64,000 bases of DNA, from NCBI GenBank assembly GCA_963777605.1, contig CAVZRV010000027.1, forward strand, positions 416,001 to 480,000, read 5' to 3'. This stretch comes from an uncultured Acidobacteriota bacterium. GTDB lineage: Bacteria > Acidobacteriota > UBA6911 > RPQK01 > JAPXNP01. This document shows, in pieces, positions 48,230 to 58,818 of the stretch. The notes beneath the pieces were generated by a model that was not told the origin of the DNA, searched no databases, and saw nothing but the letters and a program-made list of their open reading frames with translations. A program made the translations under genes and the position numbers. How positions within the stretch are numbered: position 1 is the stretch's first letter; each line of letters starts with the position of its first letter.

Positions 48230-49173
48230 TTTCTTACTCCTGGCACATCGACCTGTACGATTCCAAGCCCTACGACACGGGCCTGAATGAGCTGTTTACT
48301 GCTGACGTTCTCGACCGTGACCAGGTCACCGCGAGACCCGGAGTCCCGCGCCCGGGCGGCCATACTGATGGAGAGAGCTGCAGTCCGCGCGATCAGCATG
48401 ACACTCTCACCCCGCTTCACCAGCACCGCCTCCTGGACGTCACGGCCACGGAGAATTTCGCCCTTCGCGATGTTCCGCTTGAGGACCGAGCCAACCAAAG
48501 AGTCCGGGTTCGTGATGCAACCTTCCAATTCCTGGACCTCCCGACGATCGACGGCCAGGTCCGAGGCTTTCAGGGTTTCCCCAAATCCAAGATCCCGAAG
48601 CAACACTACGACTTCTCCGGTTGCCCTTGCCCGAACTCGAACCCACTGACTGCGTTGGTGCCGGCCATCGACGCTGACATCGAGTTTCAGCGTCACCCCG
48701 TCGAGACGGGTGGGAATGTTCGAAGCGTTCACTGCAATGGTTGCCTTGCCTTCCGGCAACGCGACATCCTGCGGCATTTCCAGGTCGAGGATCTCGATCG
48801 TTATTCCTGGATGAACCGAGGACAGGTACGAGGAAACCGCGTCCCGGACCAACTGCGGATCGAGCAGGCTGCTGGCGCGACTGAGGAGGACCTGATCGGG
48901 CATTTCCACCTTTAGATCGGTGATCCCTGCCCTCTTCAAGGTGCTCATTACCTCAGTCCTGGTGAGCCAGCGATGTAGTCCCGGATACGGTGCATAGCCG
49001 AAAGAGACATCCCCGTACTCCGGCGGCAGATCGGCAGACAGGTCCCGCAGACTGACCTGGTCATTCCGCACCTCGATCCGATCGGGCAAGACAATCGACT
49101 GACCGAACAGCGGAACGGCAGCCAACGATTGGAAGAAAACCACAAATCCAGCAAGAAAGAGAACCCGCCTCAT
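48226..49173 (-). CDS. flgA: P-ring formation chaperone
   Basis: Signal peptide; SAF domain; LVKRGESV......A...GSRGDLVTVEN.SSKQLIQARV. Confidence 0.9.
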   Translation of the reverse strand: MRRVLFLAGFVVFFQSLAAVPLFGQSIVLPDRIEVRNDQVSLRDLSADLPPEYGDVSFGYAPYPGLHRWLTRTEVMSTLKRAGITDLKVEMPDQVLLSRASSLLDPQLVRDAVSSYLSSVHPGITIEILDLEMPQDVALPEGKATIAVNASNIPTRLDGVTLKLDVSVDGRHQRSQWVRVRARATGEVVVLLRDLGFGETLKASDLAVDRREVQELEGCITNPDSLVGSVLKRNIAKGEILRGRDVQEAVLVKRGESVMLIARTAALSISMAARARDSGSRGDLVTVENVSSKQLIQARVVGLGIVQVDVPGVRK

Positions 49174-49180
49174 GACCTCG

Positions 49181-49969
49181 TTACCTCACCATGTTATTGA
49201 CGTTCGAGTACATGCTGTCGGCTGTCTTGACGACTTTCGAACCCGCCTCATAGGCACGCTGGCTGACGATCAGGTTGATCATCTCTTTGACAACGTTGAC
49301 GTTGGACTGCTCGACAAATCCCTGCAGAAGGGTACCGACGCCGTTTTCTCCAGGGCTCCCGGTGATCGGGTCTCCACAGGCTGAGGTTTGCAGGTACAGA
49401 TTCCTTCCAATGCTGTTGAGCCCGGCCGGATTGGAAAACACTGCCAGTTGAATCCGTCCCACCTGCTGAGCATTGGTTTGCCCCGGCAGGCTCACCGATA
49501 CGGTACCGTCGGCAGCGATACTGATACTGGTGGCCTCTGCTGGGATAGAGACCTGGGGATCGAGCGGGTCGCCCGAGGCCGTCACCAGATTGCCGTCCCG
49601 ATCGAGGTGGAGTGCCCCGCCCCTGGTGTAAGCAATCTGGCCGTCCGGAAGGCGAACCTGGAAGAAGCCCCGCCCCTCGATGACCATGTCCAGCTCGTTG
49701 CCGGTCTCGACGTAGTCCCCCTGCAGGAAGATGACTTCGTTGGAAACGGCCCGGGTTCCCAGCCCGATCTGGAGACCCGTGGGGATCTCGGTGGAAGTGG
49801 ACGCGCTGCTGCCGGGGGCGACCACGTTCTGGTACAGAAGGTCCTGGAACTGGGTCCGCCGCTGTTTGAAACCGGCCGTATTCACGTTTGCCAGATTGTT
49901 GGCGATATTGTCGATGTTCAGCTGGATTGCATCCATGCCACTTGCAGCACTGTATAGAGCTCGTAACAT
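49181..49969 (-). CDS. flgG: Distal rod protein
   Basis: ANNLANVNTAGFK...FQDLLYQ...PTGLQIGLG, YTRGG, EQSNVNVVKEM..LI..QRAYE. Confidence 0.97.
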   Translation of the reverse strand: MLRALYSAASGMDAIQLNIDNIANNLANVNTAGFKQRRTQFQDLLYQNVVAPGSSASTSTEIPTGLQIGLGTRAVSNEVIFLQGDYVETGNELDMVIEGRGFFQVRLPDGQIAYTRGGALHLDRDGNLVTASGDPLDPQVSIPAEATSISIAADGTVSVSLPGQTNAQQVGRIQLAVFSNPAGLNSIGRNLYLQTSACGDPITGSPGENGVGTLLQGFVEQSNVNVVKEMINLIVSQRAYEAGSKVVKTADSMYSNVNNMVR

Positions 49970-49981
49970 TGCGGTTCTCCT

Positions 49982-50728
49982 TCAGGGTTTGGCCAGTTCG
50001 TTGATTAATCGACTGTCCACATCGCGGGTCAGCGAGCGAACGGCCTGCGACAGCATTTCGAAGCTGCGCATAAGAGTGATCATGTCGGTCACGGCCTTAA
50101 CCGGGTTGACGTTAGCCTGTTCGAGGAACCCCTCGGCCACGTTCAACGAAGTTGGCGGGATCTCCGCCATCCCGTCCGGTGCCCGGAACAGGCTCGCTCC
50201 GACAGGCACCAGTTTCGACAGGTCCTGGAACGAGACAATCTTCAGGGTTCCCGTCACGATTCCGTCGACACTGACCTGCCCGTTCGCCGAGACATTCAGC
50301 TCTCCGGGAGGGAGCGTCAAGACCTGGTCTCCCCTGGGGTCCTGGGCCAGGACAAAATCACCACTGGCGGTGACCAGCCGGCCCTGGGCATCAAGGGAAA
50401 AATCACCATTTCGGGTATATCGGATTCCGTCGGATGTCCGAACTGCGAAGAACCCGTCCCCCATAAGAGCGAAGTCGAGGCTGTTCCCCGTTTCGGTCAG
50501 GCTGCCTCCCGAGAAATCGGCCTGGCTCAGCGTCTTGACGATCGGACCATTGATCGCCGATCCGAGCTCCGTCAGGCTCTCGTCCTGGAGCAAGTCCTGG
50601 ACCTGGAAGTAGAACTTGTTCTGCTTGAATCCGGGAGCCTGCAGGTTCGCCAGGTTGTTGCTCAACACCTCAAGGGCATCGATTCGGCTCTGCAGTGCGG
50701 CGTATCCCATGTAAATCGAGTGGCTCAT
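49982..50728 (-). CDS. flgF: Proximal rod protein
   Basis: SNNLAN...PGFK, TGNSLDFAL.GDGFF, YTRNGDF, EQANVNPV; directly upstream of flgG. Confidence 0.9.
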   Translation of the reverse strand: MSHSIYMGYAALQSRIDALEVLSNNLANLQAPGFKQNKFYFQVQDLLQDESLTELGSAINGPIVKTLSQADFSGGSLTETGNSLDFALMGDGFFAVRTSDGIRYTRNGDFSLDAQGRLVTASGDFVLAQDPRGDQVLTLPPGELNVSANGQVSVDGIVTGTLKIVSFQDLSKLVPVGASLFRAPDGMAEIPPTSLNVAEGFLEQANVNPVKAVTDMITLMRSFEMLSQAVRSLTRDVDSRLINELAKP

Positions 50729-50743
50729 CTACAATCACCTTTC

Positions 50744-50759
50744 TGCACGTCCAGTGCCA
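50744..50759 (-). promoter_or_regulatory. Sigma-54 promoter of flgF operon
   Basis: TGGCACTGGACGTGCA. Confidence 0.7.
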
Positions 50760-50785
50760 GACAAGTCGCACTGAGAATCCACGAC

Positions 50786-51646
50786 TTACAGCGCAAAGGA
50801 TTCCTCCTCCGGCAAACTTTGCCCAGTTGACCGGGCAACTCTGTCCACCCGCTCGAGCGAAACAAAGCAATTGGCCCAGCGATCTCCTCTGCCAAGCCGG
50901 GCCCAGAAGGCTTCTTCGTAACGAGCCAACCTGATTTTTCGGGCTCGAGTATTCGCTGCCTCGGAAAGCAAACGCTCAGTGATCTCCCGGGAACTCCGCC
51001 TGGACTGGATCACGACTTCACCGGACGTACTCCGGCGAGATAGATAGTCCCGAATCGCGCGGTCGAATGAACCGTCACCAACGATGAACGCCCGGATGTT
51101 AAGCCCGAGCATCTTCCGGAGAAGATGAACGAGGGCGAGTCGGACGGGACTTCGGGCCGCGATACAGATCACTTTCTCGTTCCTGTCAAAGTCGAAGGGA
51201 AAAACGTTGAAATCTGCACAGAGTTGACGCGGTATCAGCCGGCTCAGCTCACCCGGAATCTGACTTTCGACTATTCCAACCCAGGGGACTCCCTGCTGCT
51301 CACTCAGCGCGGCGGTCAGTGCTTCTTCACTACAGAGACCGCAGCGCAAGATGTGGCTGCCGATCGTTCCACCGTGCTCCGCCTGCGCACTCACGGCTTC
51401 GGCCAACTGGGAACTGGTTATGATGCCTCGCTGGACGAGAATGCTCCCGATCCTGACCCGGTGCTGATAGTCCACTTCCGGGACAAGGTAGTCCAGGCTT
51501 CGGGCCACTGTTGTGCGAAGGCACTCCCTCAGGCAGGCTTCTGAGCAGATCCAATCCTGCTCGAGTTCGAAACCGCGCGGTCCGAACACCCCGAGGAGCG
51601 AACTGCCCTTCGTTTTTGCGCAATAACTACAACGGATATCAGCCAC
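50786..51646 (-). CDS. Stand-alone MshEN (T2SSE_N) domain protein with N-terminal Cys cluster
   Basis: RIGSILVQRGIITSSQLAEAVSAQ-x5-TIGSHILRCGLCSEEALTAALSEQ tandem motif; CSYC...WICSEAC; no ATPase domain; GTG start overlaps the upstream stop. Confidence 0.82.
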   Translation of the reverse strand: MADIRCSYCAKTKGSSLLGVFGPRGFELEQDWICSEACLRECLRTTVARSLDYLVPEVDYQHRVRIGSILVQRGIITSSQLAEAVSAQAEHGGTIGSHILRCGLCSEEALTAALSEQQGVPWVGIVESQIPGELSRLIPRQLCADFNVFPFDFDRNEKVICIAARSPVRLALVHLLRKMLGLNIRAFIVGDGSFDRAIRDYLSRRSTSGEVVIQSRRSSREITERLLSEAANTRARKIRLARYEEAFWARLGRGDRWANCFVSLERVDRVARSTGQSLPEEESFAL

Positions 51647-52100
51647 GTTCCGTCCCTGCCCCAACGAGGTCTTCCCGCAATCCGAGAAGAAGTTCGGTTT
51701 CGCCACGATTCAAGCGGAGTTTTCGAGAGATGTCCCGACTATCCATGCCCATCCGTGCCAGAGCCAGGATCTGATGTCGTTTCTCCAGGCGGTTTCCAAT
51801 CCCACTGGAGGGCACGTCGACACGAGTCCTGGAGCGAAGCTCATTCTCCGCCAGCTCAGCCCGAAGTTGTTCAAAGGCCTCTTTCCGTTCCTTATTGAGG
51901 GCATGGAATCGAGCTTCGAGCTGCGACTTCTCGAGTTCGACAGAGCGGCGAATACGTGCTTCCATCAACTGGACCAAACGCGTGAGATTTTGTTCCTGGC
52001 CGGCACGGGACAATCGGAAAATGATCACCTGGCTGACCGTCAAGATTGCCAACCCAAGCAGCCAGGGGAGAGTCAGACCAAGCCCGTTCAGAGTATCCAT
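51639..52100 (-). CDS. Membrane-anchored coiled-coil protein with C-terminal HTH-like end (DUF2802-like)
   Basis: N-terminal TM, coiled coil, ILALARMGMDSRDISRKLRLNRGETELLLGL. Confidence 0.72.
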   Translation of the reverse strand: MDTLNGLGLTLPWLLGLAILTVSQVIIFRLSRAGQEQNLTRLVQLMEARIRRSVELEKSQLEARFHALNKERKEAFEQLRAELAENELRSRTRVDVPSSGIGNRLEKRHQILALARMGMDSRDISRKLRLNRGETELLLGLREDLVGAGTERG

Positions 52101-52101
52101 G

Positions 52102-52539
52102 CTAAAAACCTCCCAATGAGGCGATGCGATCGACCCGGGCGATGATCTCAGTGATCTCTACCCCGTAATAGCCGTCAACATCCACGACCTTCCCCCATGC
52201 AAACACCTTGTCGTTAACTCTCAGCAGGACTGGATCGCTGGCCGTTTTGTCCAACTCAACTAGTGAGCCGGGGGCCAGTTTCAAAACCTCGGCAAGAGGC
52301 TTCCTGGCGGTTCCAAAACTCACCGTGATCGGCAGTTGCAGATCCAGAATTCGCTGAATGTTTTCCGAGAACTCCTGATGGGAGGCACGCGCATCGTCTT
52401 CGCGGGATTCGGCCCCGCCACCAGACGCGACAGCTTCCCCGGCATCTCCAGCACTGCCCGGAGAGATCGCTTCCATTTCGACTTCCGGATCCTTTGCTTC
52501 GTTATTTTTCATTGTGTTACCTGCTCTTGGTTCGCTCAA
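52102..52539 (-). CDS. fliN: C-ring protein FliN
   Basis: NIQRILDLQLPITVSFG...VLKLAPGSLVELDK...VNDKVFAWGKVV.VDGYYGVEITEI. Confidence 0.9.
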   Translation of the reverse strand: MSEPRAGNTMKNNEAKDPEVEMEAISPGSAGDAGEAVASGGGAESREDDARASHQEFSENIQRILDLQLPITVSFGTARKPLAEVLKLAPGSLVELDKTASDPVLLRVNDKVFAWGKVVDVDGYYGVEITEIIARVDRIASLGGF

Positions 52540-53540
52540 ATTCCCGGCACCATACGTATAGTTCGTCGCTCGTTTGCGATCGCTATTTCTCCACGAAACT
52601 TACAATTTCCGTTAATCGAAACGAGCGCCGGATCGGCCACCAGGTGGTCAAGGGCTATGACATCCCCCGGCTTCAGGTTGATCAACTCTCTCAGCGAGAC
52701 CGAAGTGTCTGAAAGCTTGGCATCGATCACGGTTGAGAACTGCTGGGTATGCTCTTTCATCCGGTTCACCATGGCTACGAGCTGATCCTGACTTTCGATG
52801 ACCCTTTGATGACTGACACTGTCACGGAGAGACTTCAGCAGTCCGCTGGGGATCCCCCAGTAGATCGTCCCATCCGAATTCCCGATCTTCATCGACATGC
52901 GCATCGTCACCATGATTTCGTTCTGGGGGTAAACGCGAAGGAGTCGCGGACGAGTCTCCTTGCCGTCGATCTCGATCTCGACCTCCAAAACTCGACTCCA
53001 TGCCTGGCGCAGTTCCTGGCAGAAGATGGTGATTACGTTCTCGATAATGGCCTGCTCGAGGTCAGTGATCTGAGTCCTGGCTCGGGGAGAACTCAAGCCC
53101 GCCCCGCCGAGCATGACGGCGACGATGCTGGCAACCAGATCCGGCTCCAGACAAACAGCAACATGAAGATTCTGGGGCTGGACCATGAGATACCAGATCG
53201 AAGAGGGTTCCGGCAGGCTCTCGATGAAGTCGCCATAGAAAATCTGTTCGACCTCGTGTAGCCGGAAGGCAACCTGAGTCCGAAGGTTGTTCGAAAAGGA
53301 TGCACTCCCTTTGTGGGCAAAAGCATCAAAGATCAGGGCCAGGGCGGACTCGACTTCTTTGCTGATTTCCGCGGCCTTGGCCATCGGAAACAGGTAGCCT
53401 TCCCGCTCGTCCAGCTCAATCCCCTGCTTCTTGCGCTCTTTCGGTCTCGAAGCCTCCTCCTGTTGTGGAGACTCGTCGTCGCCTCCGACCGCTGAAAGCA
53501 GTGCGCTGATCTCTTCCTGTGAAAGGACCTTCTCGGACAT
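52536..53540 (-). CDS. fliM: C-ring protein FliM
   Basis: VLSQEEISALL CheY-binding motif; MLGG, ITDLEQAI; C-terminal SpoA domain. Confidence 0.92.
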   Translation of the reverse strand: MSEKVLSQEEISALLSAVGGDDESPQQEEASRPKERKKQGIELDEREGYLFPMAKAAEISKEVESALALIFDAFAHKGSASFSNNLRTQVAFRLHEVEQIFYGDFIESLPEPSSIWYLMVQPQNLHVAVCLEPDLVASIVAVMLGGAGLSSPRARTQITDLEQAIIENVITIFCQELRQAWSRVLEVEIEIDGKETRPRLLRVYPQNEIMVTMRMSMKIGNSDGTIYWGIPSGLLKSLRDSVSHQRVIESQDQLVAMVNRMKEHTQQFSTVIDAKLSDTSVSLRELINLKPGDVIALDHLVADPALVSINGNCKFRGEIAIANERRTIRMVPGI

Positions 53541-53545
53541 GCTGC

Positions 53546-54322
53546 TTACCTCTTGCTCTCTCTCGATTTCAGCATCGCCTGCAGCTTGGCCCTCATCCGC
53601 AGGACGGCTCTGGTGTGCAGTTGGGAAACGCGAGACTCATTGACGCCCAGGATCTGGCCAATTTCCTTCATGGTCAGTTCCTCTTTGTAGTAGAGACTCA
53701 GAATCAACTGCTCCCGATCCGGCAAGTGCTCGATAACGCGAGCCAGGAGCTCCCGCATCTCCAGCTTGCTCAGTGACTCGTAGGGGGAATCGGTCGGCGA
53801 AATCGGTGAATAACGGATCGGGAGGTTGTCGGCATCGACGCCGTCGGACTCCTCGTCCCCGGTCCTGAAGTGGCCAATCGTGAGCCCATTGAGCTGATCC
53901 AGGAGCGCCTGGAACTCGGCGAGCCCGATTCCCAGTTCACTCGCAACCTCCTCATCCTTTGCCGGGCGACCGAACCGCTGCTCCAGGGATGCGTAGACCT
54001 GTTCAACTTCTCGACTTCGGCTCCGCAGATCACGTGGAGCCCAATCCAGCCCTCGAAGATTGTCGAGAATGGCTCCCCGAATTCTGACACTTGCATAGGT
54101 CTTGAAACTTACCCCCTTGCCCGGATCGAACTTCTCGTACGCATCGAGCAGCCCGATGACACCCGAACTGATCAGGTCCTCGAGCTGAACCTCAGGGGGC
54201 AATCGCATGGCCATCCGCTGTGCGATGTACCGTATTTGAGGGAGGTGCTCGAGGATTACCTCGTTCCGCTCCTGGAAGTGAGACCTCTGGTAGTTTTCCA
54301 ACTTAACTGAGTTTGCAGACAT
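53546..54322 (-). CDS. fliA: RNA polymerase sigma-28
   Basis: DLISSGVIGLLDA..KFDP.KGV.FKTYA..RIRGAILD.LR.LDW, LYYKEELTMKEIG.ILGVNESRVSQLH. Confidence 0.97.
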   Translation of the reverse strand: MSANSVKLENYQRSHFQERNEVILEHLPQIRYIAQRMAMRLPPEVQLEDLISSGVIGLLDAYEKFDPGKGVSFKTYASVRIRGAILDNLRGLDWAPRDLRSRSREVEQVYASLEQRFGRPAKDEEVASELGIGLAEFQALLDQLNGLTIGHFRTGDEESDGVDADNLPIRYSPISPTDSPYESLSKLEMRELLARVIEHLPDREQLILSLYYKEELTMKEIGQILGVNESRVSQLHTRAVLRMRAKLQAMLKSRESKR

Positions 54323-54326
54323 AACC

Positions 54327-55214
54327 CTAACCTGCGCTCTCGATGAGACGGCCGATTTCGCTGACTGCGGGCGGTCGCCTCATCAACGACTCCGCGATCT
54401 TCACGAAACTTCGACCAACAAATGATTTCGGATGGGTGATCATCAACGGCGCCTGGCGCCGAACCGATTCCGTGATCTTGACATCTCTTGGAATCGACCC
54501 GAGGAATTCCAGCTGCCTTCCGAGAAAACGTTCGACGACGTGCGCCAGCTGTTTATGAACTTCCTCGGCCTCGACAGAATCTCGTACGGAGTTCACCAGG
54601 AGCAGAACCTCTTTCCCCTGATCCTTGCGGCACAACACCTTGATCAATGCATAGGCGTCCACGATTGCTGTCGGTTCAGGAGCACAGACCACTACCACTC
54701 GGCGCGACGCATTCAACAACCGAATCACGTTGTCGGAAATACCGGCAGCGGTGTCGATCAGGAAGAAGTCGAACTCGCCCAGAAGTTCGTCAAGCTGCTG
54801 AAGAATGATCAGCCTTCGACGCTCACCCATCGAGGTGAGCTCCTGGATCCCGGAGCTGGCCGGGATGATCTGGATCCCTTCCGGCCCGGGAACCATGATC
54901 GAGCGAAGACTTTGCGATCCCTCGATTACATGCCCGAGGTGGTAGGGCGGCGTCAGGCCAAGCTGGACATCCACATTCGCCAACCCGAAATCTCCATCTA
55001 AAACAGCTACTCTCTTGCCGGAACGCCTCAACGCGATGGCAAGATTAACAACGACACAAGTCTTTCCAACGCCTCCTTTTCCGCTGGTTATCGCGACGAC
55101 CTGGCAGGCCGAACCGTTGCGGTTCAGTCCACCGAGGTTCATTCGTTCAACGTGTTTTCTGAGTCCTGTCGCCTGGTCGATCATCATGTTGTTCACCAAT
55201 TTGCTCCGGCTCAT
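54327..55214 (-). CDS. flhG: MinD-like flagellar number regulator
   Basis: TSGKGGVGKT, DGDFGLANVD, IDTAAGIS, PEPTAIVDAYALIK. Confidence 0.94.
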   Translation of the reverse strand: MSRSKLVNNMMIDQATGLRKHVERMNLGGLNRNGSACQVVAITSGKGGVGKTCVVVNLAIALRRSGKRVAVLDGDFGLANVDVQLGLTPPYHLGHVIEGSQSLRSIMVPGPEGIQIIPASSGIQELTSMGERRRLIILQQLDELLGEFDFFLIDTAAGISDNVIRLLNASRRVVVVCAPEPTAIVDAYALIKVLCRKDQGKEVLLLVNSVRDSVEAEEVHKQLAHVVERFLGRQLEFLGSIPRDVKITESVRRQAPLMITHPKSFVGRSFVKIAESLMRRPPAVSEIGRLIESAG

Positions 55215-56563
55215 CTCAATGGCACCAGTAGATCCGCAATCGTCGCAGGCGTCGGAACGATAAGGTCCTCGGCGACGTCCTGACCGTTAGTGAGGTAAGA
55301 AATTGGACGGTCCGAACGTACCGTCTCGTTGAGGATGGCTCCAAAGCTGGAGGACTCATCCAGTTTCGTGAATACGACCCGGTCCGGCTTGAAAGCCCCG
55401 AAACAGGCCACGATTTCGCGAAGATCGTCCTGGCGCGTCGTGCAACTCAAGACCAGGTGCTTCTGGATCTTCGAGTGATCCCTGACATACGAGGAGAGTT
55501 CGCCGTAGTCGGCGATCCGCTTGTGACTGTGACCGGTCGTGTCGATCAGGAGGATTTCGTCATTTGAAGCGGACGAGACCTCCTTTTCCATCTCATCGAT
55601 GGAAAAGACCACCTTGACCGGGATGCCGATGATATCTCCGTACGTCCGAAGCTGTTCCGTAGCGGCAACCCGGTAGGTGTCAAACGTCAACAGTTTGACG
55701 TGCCGGCGATCCTTCAGGGCGAACCGAGCCGCCAGCTTGGCAATCGTTGTGGTCTTTCCGACCCCGGTCGGCCCGATGAAGATGCACGCCTTGGCGAGTT
55801 CGTCCTTGCCGATGGGTGCCGTCCGGACCATTCGGCCCACGGCTTTGTTGAGGCGAATGCGCAACCGCTCATCGAAGTCTCCGTCAACGGGGCAGTTTCG
55901 AATGATGTCCCGGATCATCAGGAAGGCCAGGCTCTCCTCAACTCCCTCCTGGATCAGCGAGTGAAATTCCGTGTACGCGCTTTTGCGCCACTCAAGACCC
56001 TGGTCTTCTCCCTGCCAGATCAAGTCCTGGAATCCGGACGCCACGTTCGCATCCCGCAGGAACAGGCTGCTGATCGCATCGTTTGCCCGCTGGTGGCTGA
56101 CCAGGCGGATCAGGCTCTGAATTTCGTCGCTGAGCCGATTGAACTGCTCTTGCCACTTCTGATCTGCCTTCCCGTGATGAAGGGGAGTAAACTCTGCAGC
56201 GGGTTCAACCTGAGCCGCCGGAAACTTCTTGGGCGCAGGCGGAGTGTCCGCTATTTCATAGGTTTCGAGCGCCGGCTTCTTCGACGCCCTGTCTGCCTTC
56301 CTGGAACCGGCATTGTCCCGGGGCAGAAGTGTCGGCGAGGTTTCTGCGGCGCTGGATCCCTCCAACCTGTCCGCATCCTCGTCGAGAACGACCGGGTCGG
56401 CCGCGGCGGTGATCTCGTAAGCCATCGACGGCAATAAGCCCCAAAGCCGTTTTTTGACCGTCCGGTTGGTCTTGAGGATGACCGCTCCAGGCCCCAGGTC
56501 TTTTTGGATCATCTTGAGGGCCTCGGGAACCGAGTCAGAAGTATAGGTCTTGATTCTCATCAT
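55211..56563 (-). CDS. flhF: SRP-family flagellar GTPase
   Basis: MRIKTY...EAL..I..DLG..AVIL; GPTGVGKTTTIAKLAA, DTYRVAA.EQL, DTTG, TKLDES, TNGQDV.EDL. Confidence 0.95.
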   Translation of the reverse strand: MMRIKTYTSDSVPEALKMIQKDLGPGAVILKTNRTVKKRLWGLLPSMAYEITAAADPVVLDEDADRLEGSSAAETSPTLLPRDNAGSRKADRASKKPALETYEIADTPPAPKKFPAAQVEPAAEFTPLHHGKADQKWQEQFNRLSDEIQSLIRLVSHQRANDAISSLFLRDANVASGFQDLIWQGEDQGLEWRKSAYTEFHSLIQEGVEESLAFLMIRDIIRNCPVDGDFDERLRIRLNKAVGRMVRTAPIGKDELAKACIFIGPTGVGKTTTIAKLAARFALKDRRHVKLLTFDTYRVAATEQLRTYGDIIGIPVKVVFSIDEMEKEVSSASNDEILLIDTTGHSHKRIADYGELSSYVRDHSKIQKHLVLSCTTRQDDLREIVACFGAFKPDRVVFTKLDESSSFGAILNETVRSDRPISYLTNGQDVAEDLIVPTPATIADLLVPLR

Positions 56564-58637
56564 GCAACTTCTCCCAGGCTGACGAGCTTGACGTGCGGTG
56601 GAATTTCGTTGTGCGAGAGCACGACCAGATTGCTCATCAGATGCTCAATGAATCGGCGGACATTCAGCCGGATATTGCTCGGGACCAGCAGGATCGGGTA
56701 GCCGTCGTAGGTCTTCTCGGCGACGGCCTTCTGAAGCTTGGTCAGAATGGCACGCGCCTGGCCCGGATCCAGTGACAGGTAGTTGTCCAGTTCGGTGACG
56801 GTAATCGCGTTCGAGAACGCGCTCTCCAGTTCGCGGGACAGGGTTATAACCTTCATGTCGCCCGCCTCGGAGATCAGGGACTGACAGATGGACCGGCCCA
56901 GCGACTGGCGGGCGTACTCGGTCAGCAGAGTGATGTTCTTGGTTCGCGGAGCGAAGTCCGCGAGAGTCTCCAGGATAGTCTCCATGTCGCGGATTGAGAC
57001 TCGTTCCCGGAGGAGGTTCTGCAGCACTTTCTGAACCTCTCCGACCGACATGACACCGGGAATGAGTTCTTCGACAACTTTGGGGTGAGATTCGTTTACG
57101 GTGTCGATGAGCGTTTTGACTTCCTGCCGGCTTAGGAGTTCGTGGAGCACACTCTTGATCATCTCGGTGAGGTGCGTCGATAGCACGGTCGTGTTCTCAA
57201 CGACAGTGAAGCCGGCAAGTTGGGCTTTTTCGCGATGCTCGGGACGAACCCACAAGGCATCGAGTTTGAAGGCCGGTTCCTTGGTCGGGATGCCGTCCAC
57301 CTTTTCCGTTGTGCCACCGGGGTGAATTGCCATTAAATGGCCTGGCATCAGTTCACTCCGTGCAACCTCCACGCCCTTCAGCAGAATGCGATACTCCCTG
57401 GGTTTGAGTTGGAGGTTGTCGGTGATGTGAATGGGCGGAATGAGGACTCCCAGTTCAGTCGCCAACTGGCGTCGAATCGATTTGACATGGGACAGGAAAT
57501 CTCCCCCGGGTTTGTTCTCAACAAGGTGAATGAGTTGGTAGCCCAACTCCAGGCCAAGAGGATCAACCTTGAGGAGTCGTTCAACGCGTTCCTCCCCCGC
57601 TTCTTCCCCGGTTCTTCAACTTGCTCCACCAGTTGAGCCTGCGCCCGCCGTCTCTTGATGATTACGCCCCCCAGACCTGCCATAACCATACTCATGATGA
57701 AGAAAGTGACGAAAGGAAGACCGGGGACAATGGCAACCAACATCAGAACGCCGGCACCAATCACCAACGGCTTGGGATCAGAGAAAACCTGGTTCGAGAC
57801 CTCCTCACCCAAGGCGGCATGGGAGGCTGCCCGCGTCGTCATGATACCGCCGGTGACTGAAATCAGCAGTGCTGGTATGGCAGACACCAGACCGTCACCG
57901 ATCGTCAGGATCGTGTAGGTCTTCAACGCACTCATGAGAGGCAAGCCATGAGTCACAACACCAATGAGAAATCCAGCGATGATGTTTATGACCACAATGA
58001 TCATACTGGCGATGGAATCACGCTTGGTAAACCGGACAGCACCATCCATCGCGCCGTAGAACTCGGCCTCCCGAGAGACCTTGGTCCTGCGCTCCCTGGC
58101 CTGCTCTTCGCCGATTAGTCCAGCGTTCAGGTCGGCATCAATGCTCATCTGCTTGCCAGGCATCGCGTCAAGGGTGAAGCGCGCGGTCACTTCCGAAATT
58201 CGGACGGCTCCATGATTGATGACAATGAACTGGATAGCGAGCAAGACCAGAAAAACCACGCATCCAACAACGTAGTTTCCGCCAACCACAAACTGTCCGA
58301 AGGACTCAATAACGGCACCCGCTGCGGAGACTCCCTGGCTTCCGTCGAGAAGGATGAGCCGGGTGCTGGCAACATTGAGGGCCAACCGGTAGAGCGTCAC
58401 CAGCAAGAGAACCGTCGGGAAAATGGAGAATTCGACGGGTTCAATGATGTAGAGGGAGAGCAACAAGAGGACGATGGAGATCGTGACATTGGTAGCGATC
58501 AGCAAGTCCAGCACGAAGGAGGGGACGGGGATCATCATGACCGCAATGATCAGAACCACAGCCAGACCGATCCCCAGATCGCTGCGGGTGGCGCCGATCA
58601 GGTTTGACACGGGCAATTGGGCCATTTTCGTACTCAT
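56560..58637 (-). CDS. flhA: Export gate protein FlhA (frameshift near C-run ~57590-57598)
   Basis: RLALNVASTR, RISEVTARFTLDAMPGKQMSIDADL, FYGAMDGA; LGYQLI...HITDNLQL...LQNLLRERVSIRD in the second frame. Confidence 0.95.
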
Positions 58638-58685
58638 GTCAGTTGATCAATTCTCGTCTCATGCTTTCCCATTCCCCCCTCCTTA

Positions 58686-58701
58686 AGCAAGTGGCATTCC
58701 A
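58686..58701 (-). promoter_or_regulatory. Sigma-54 promoter of flhA operon
   Basis: TGGAATGCCACTTGCT. Confidence 0.75.
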
Positions 58702-58818
58702 CATAAGAACAGTGTTGATTTAAAAGAACTTACCAAAGAGCAGGCTCAGAGATCGCCTTCAATCCGGCATTCCTCTGACGGTCGGTGACAGGTTTTGTGC
58801 GGATGATTGACGGTCAGC

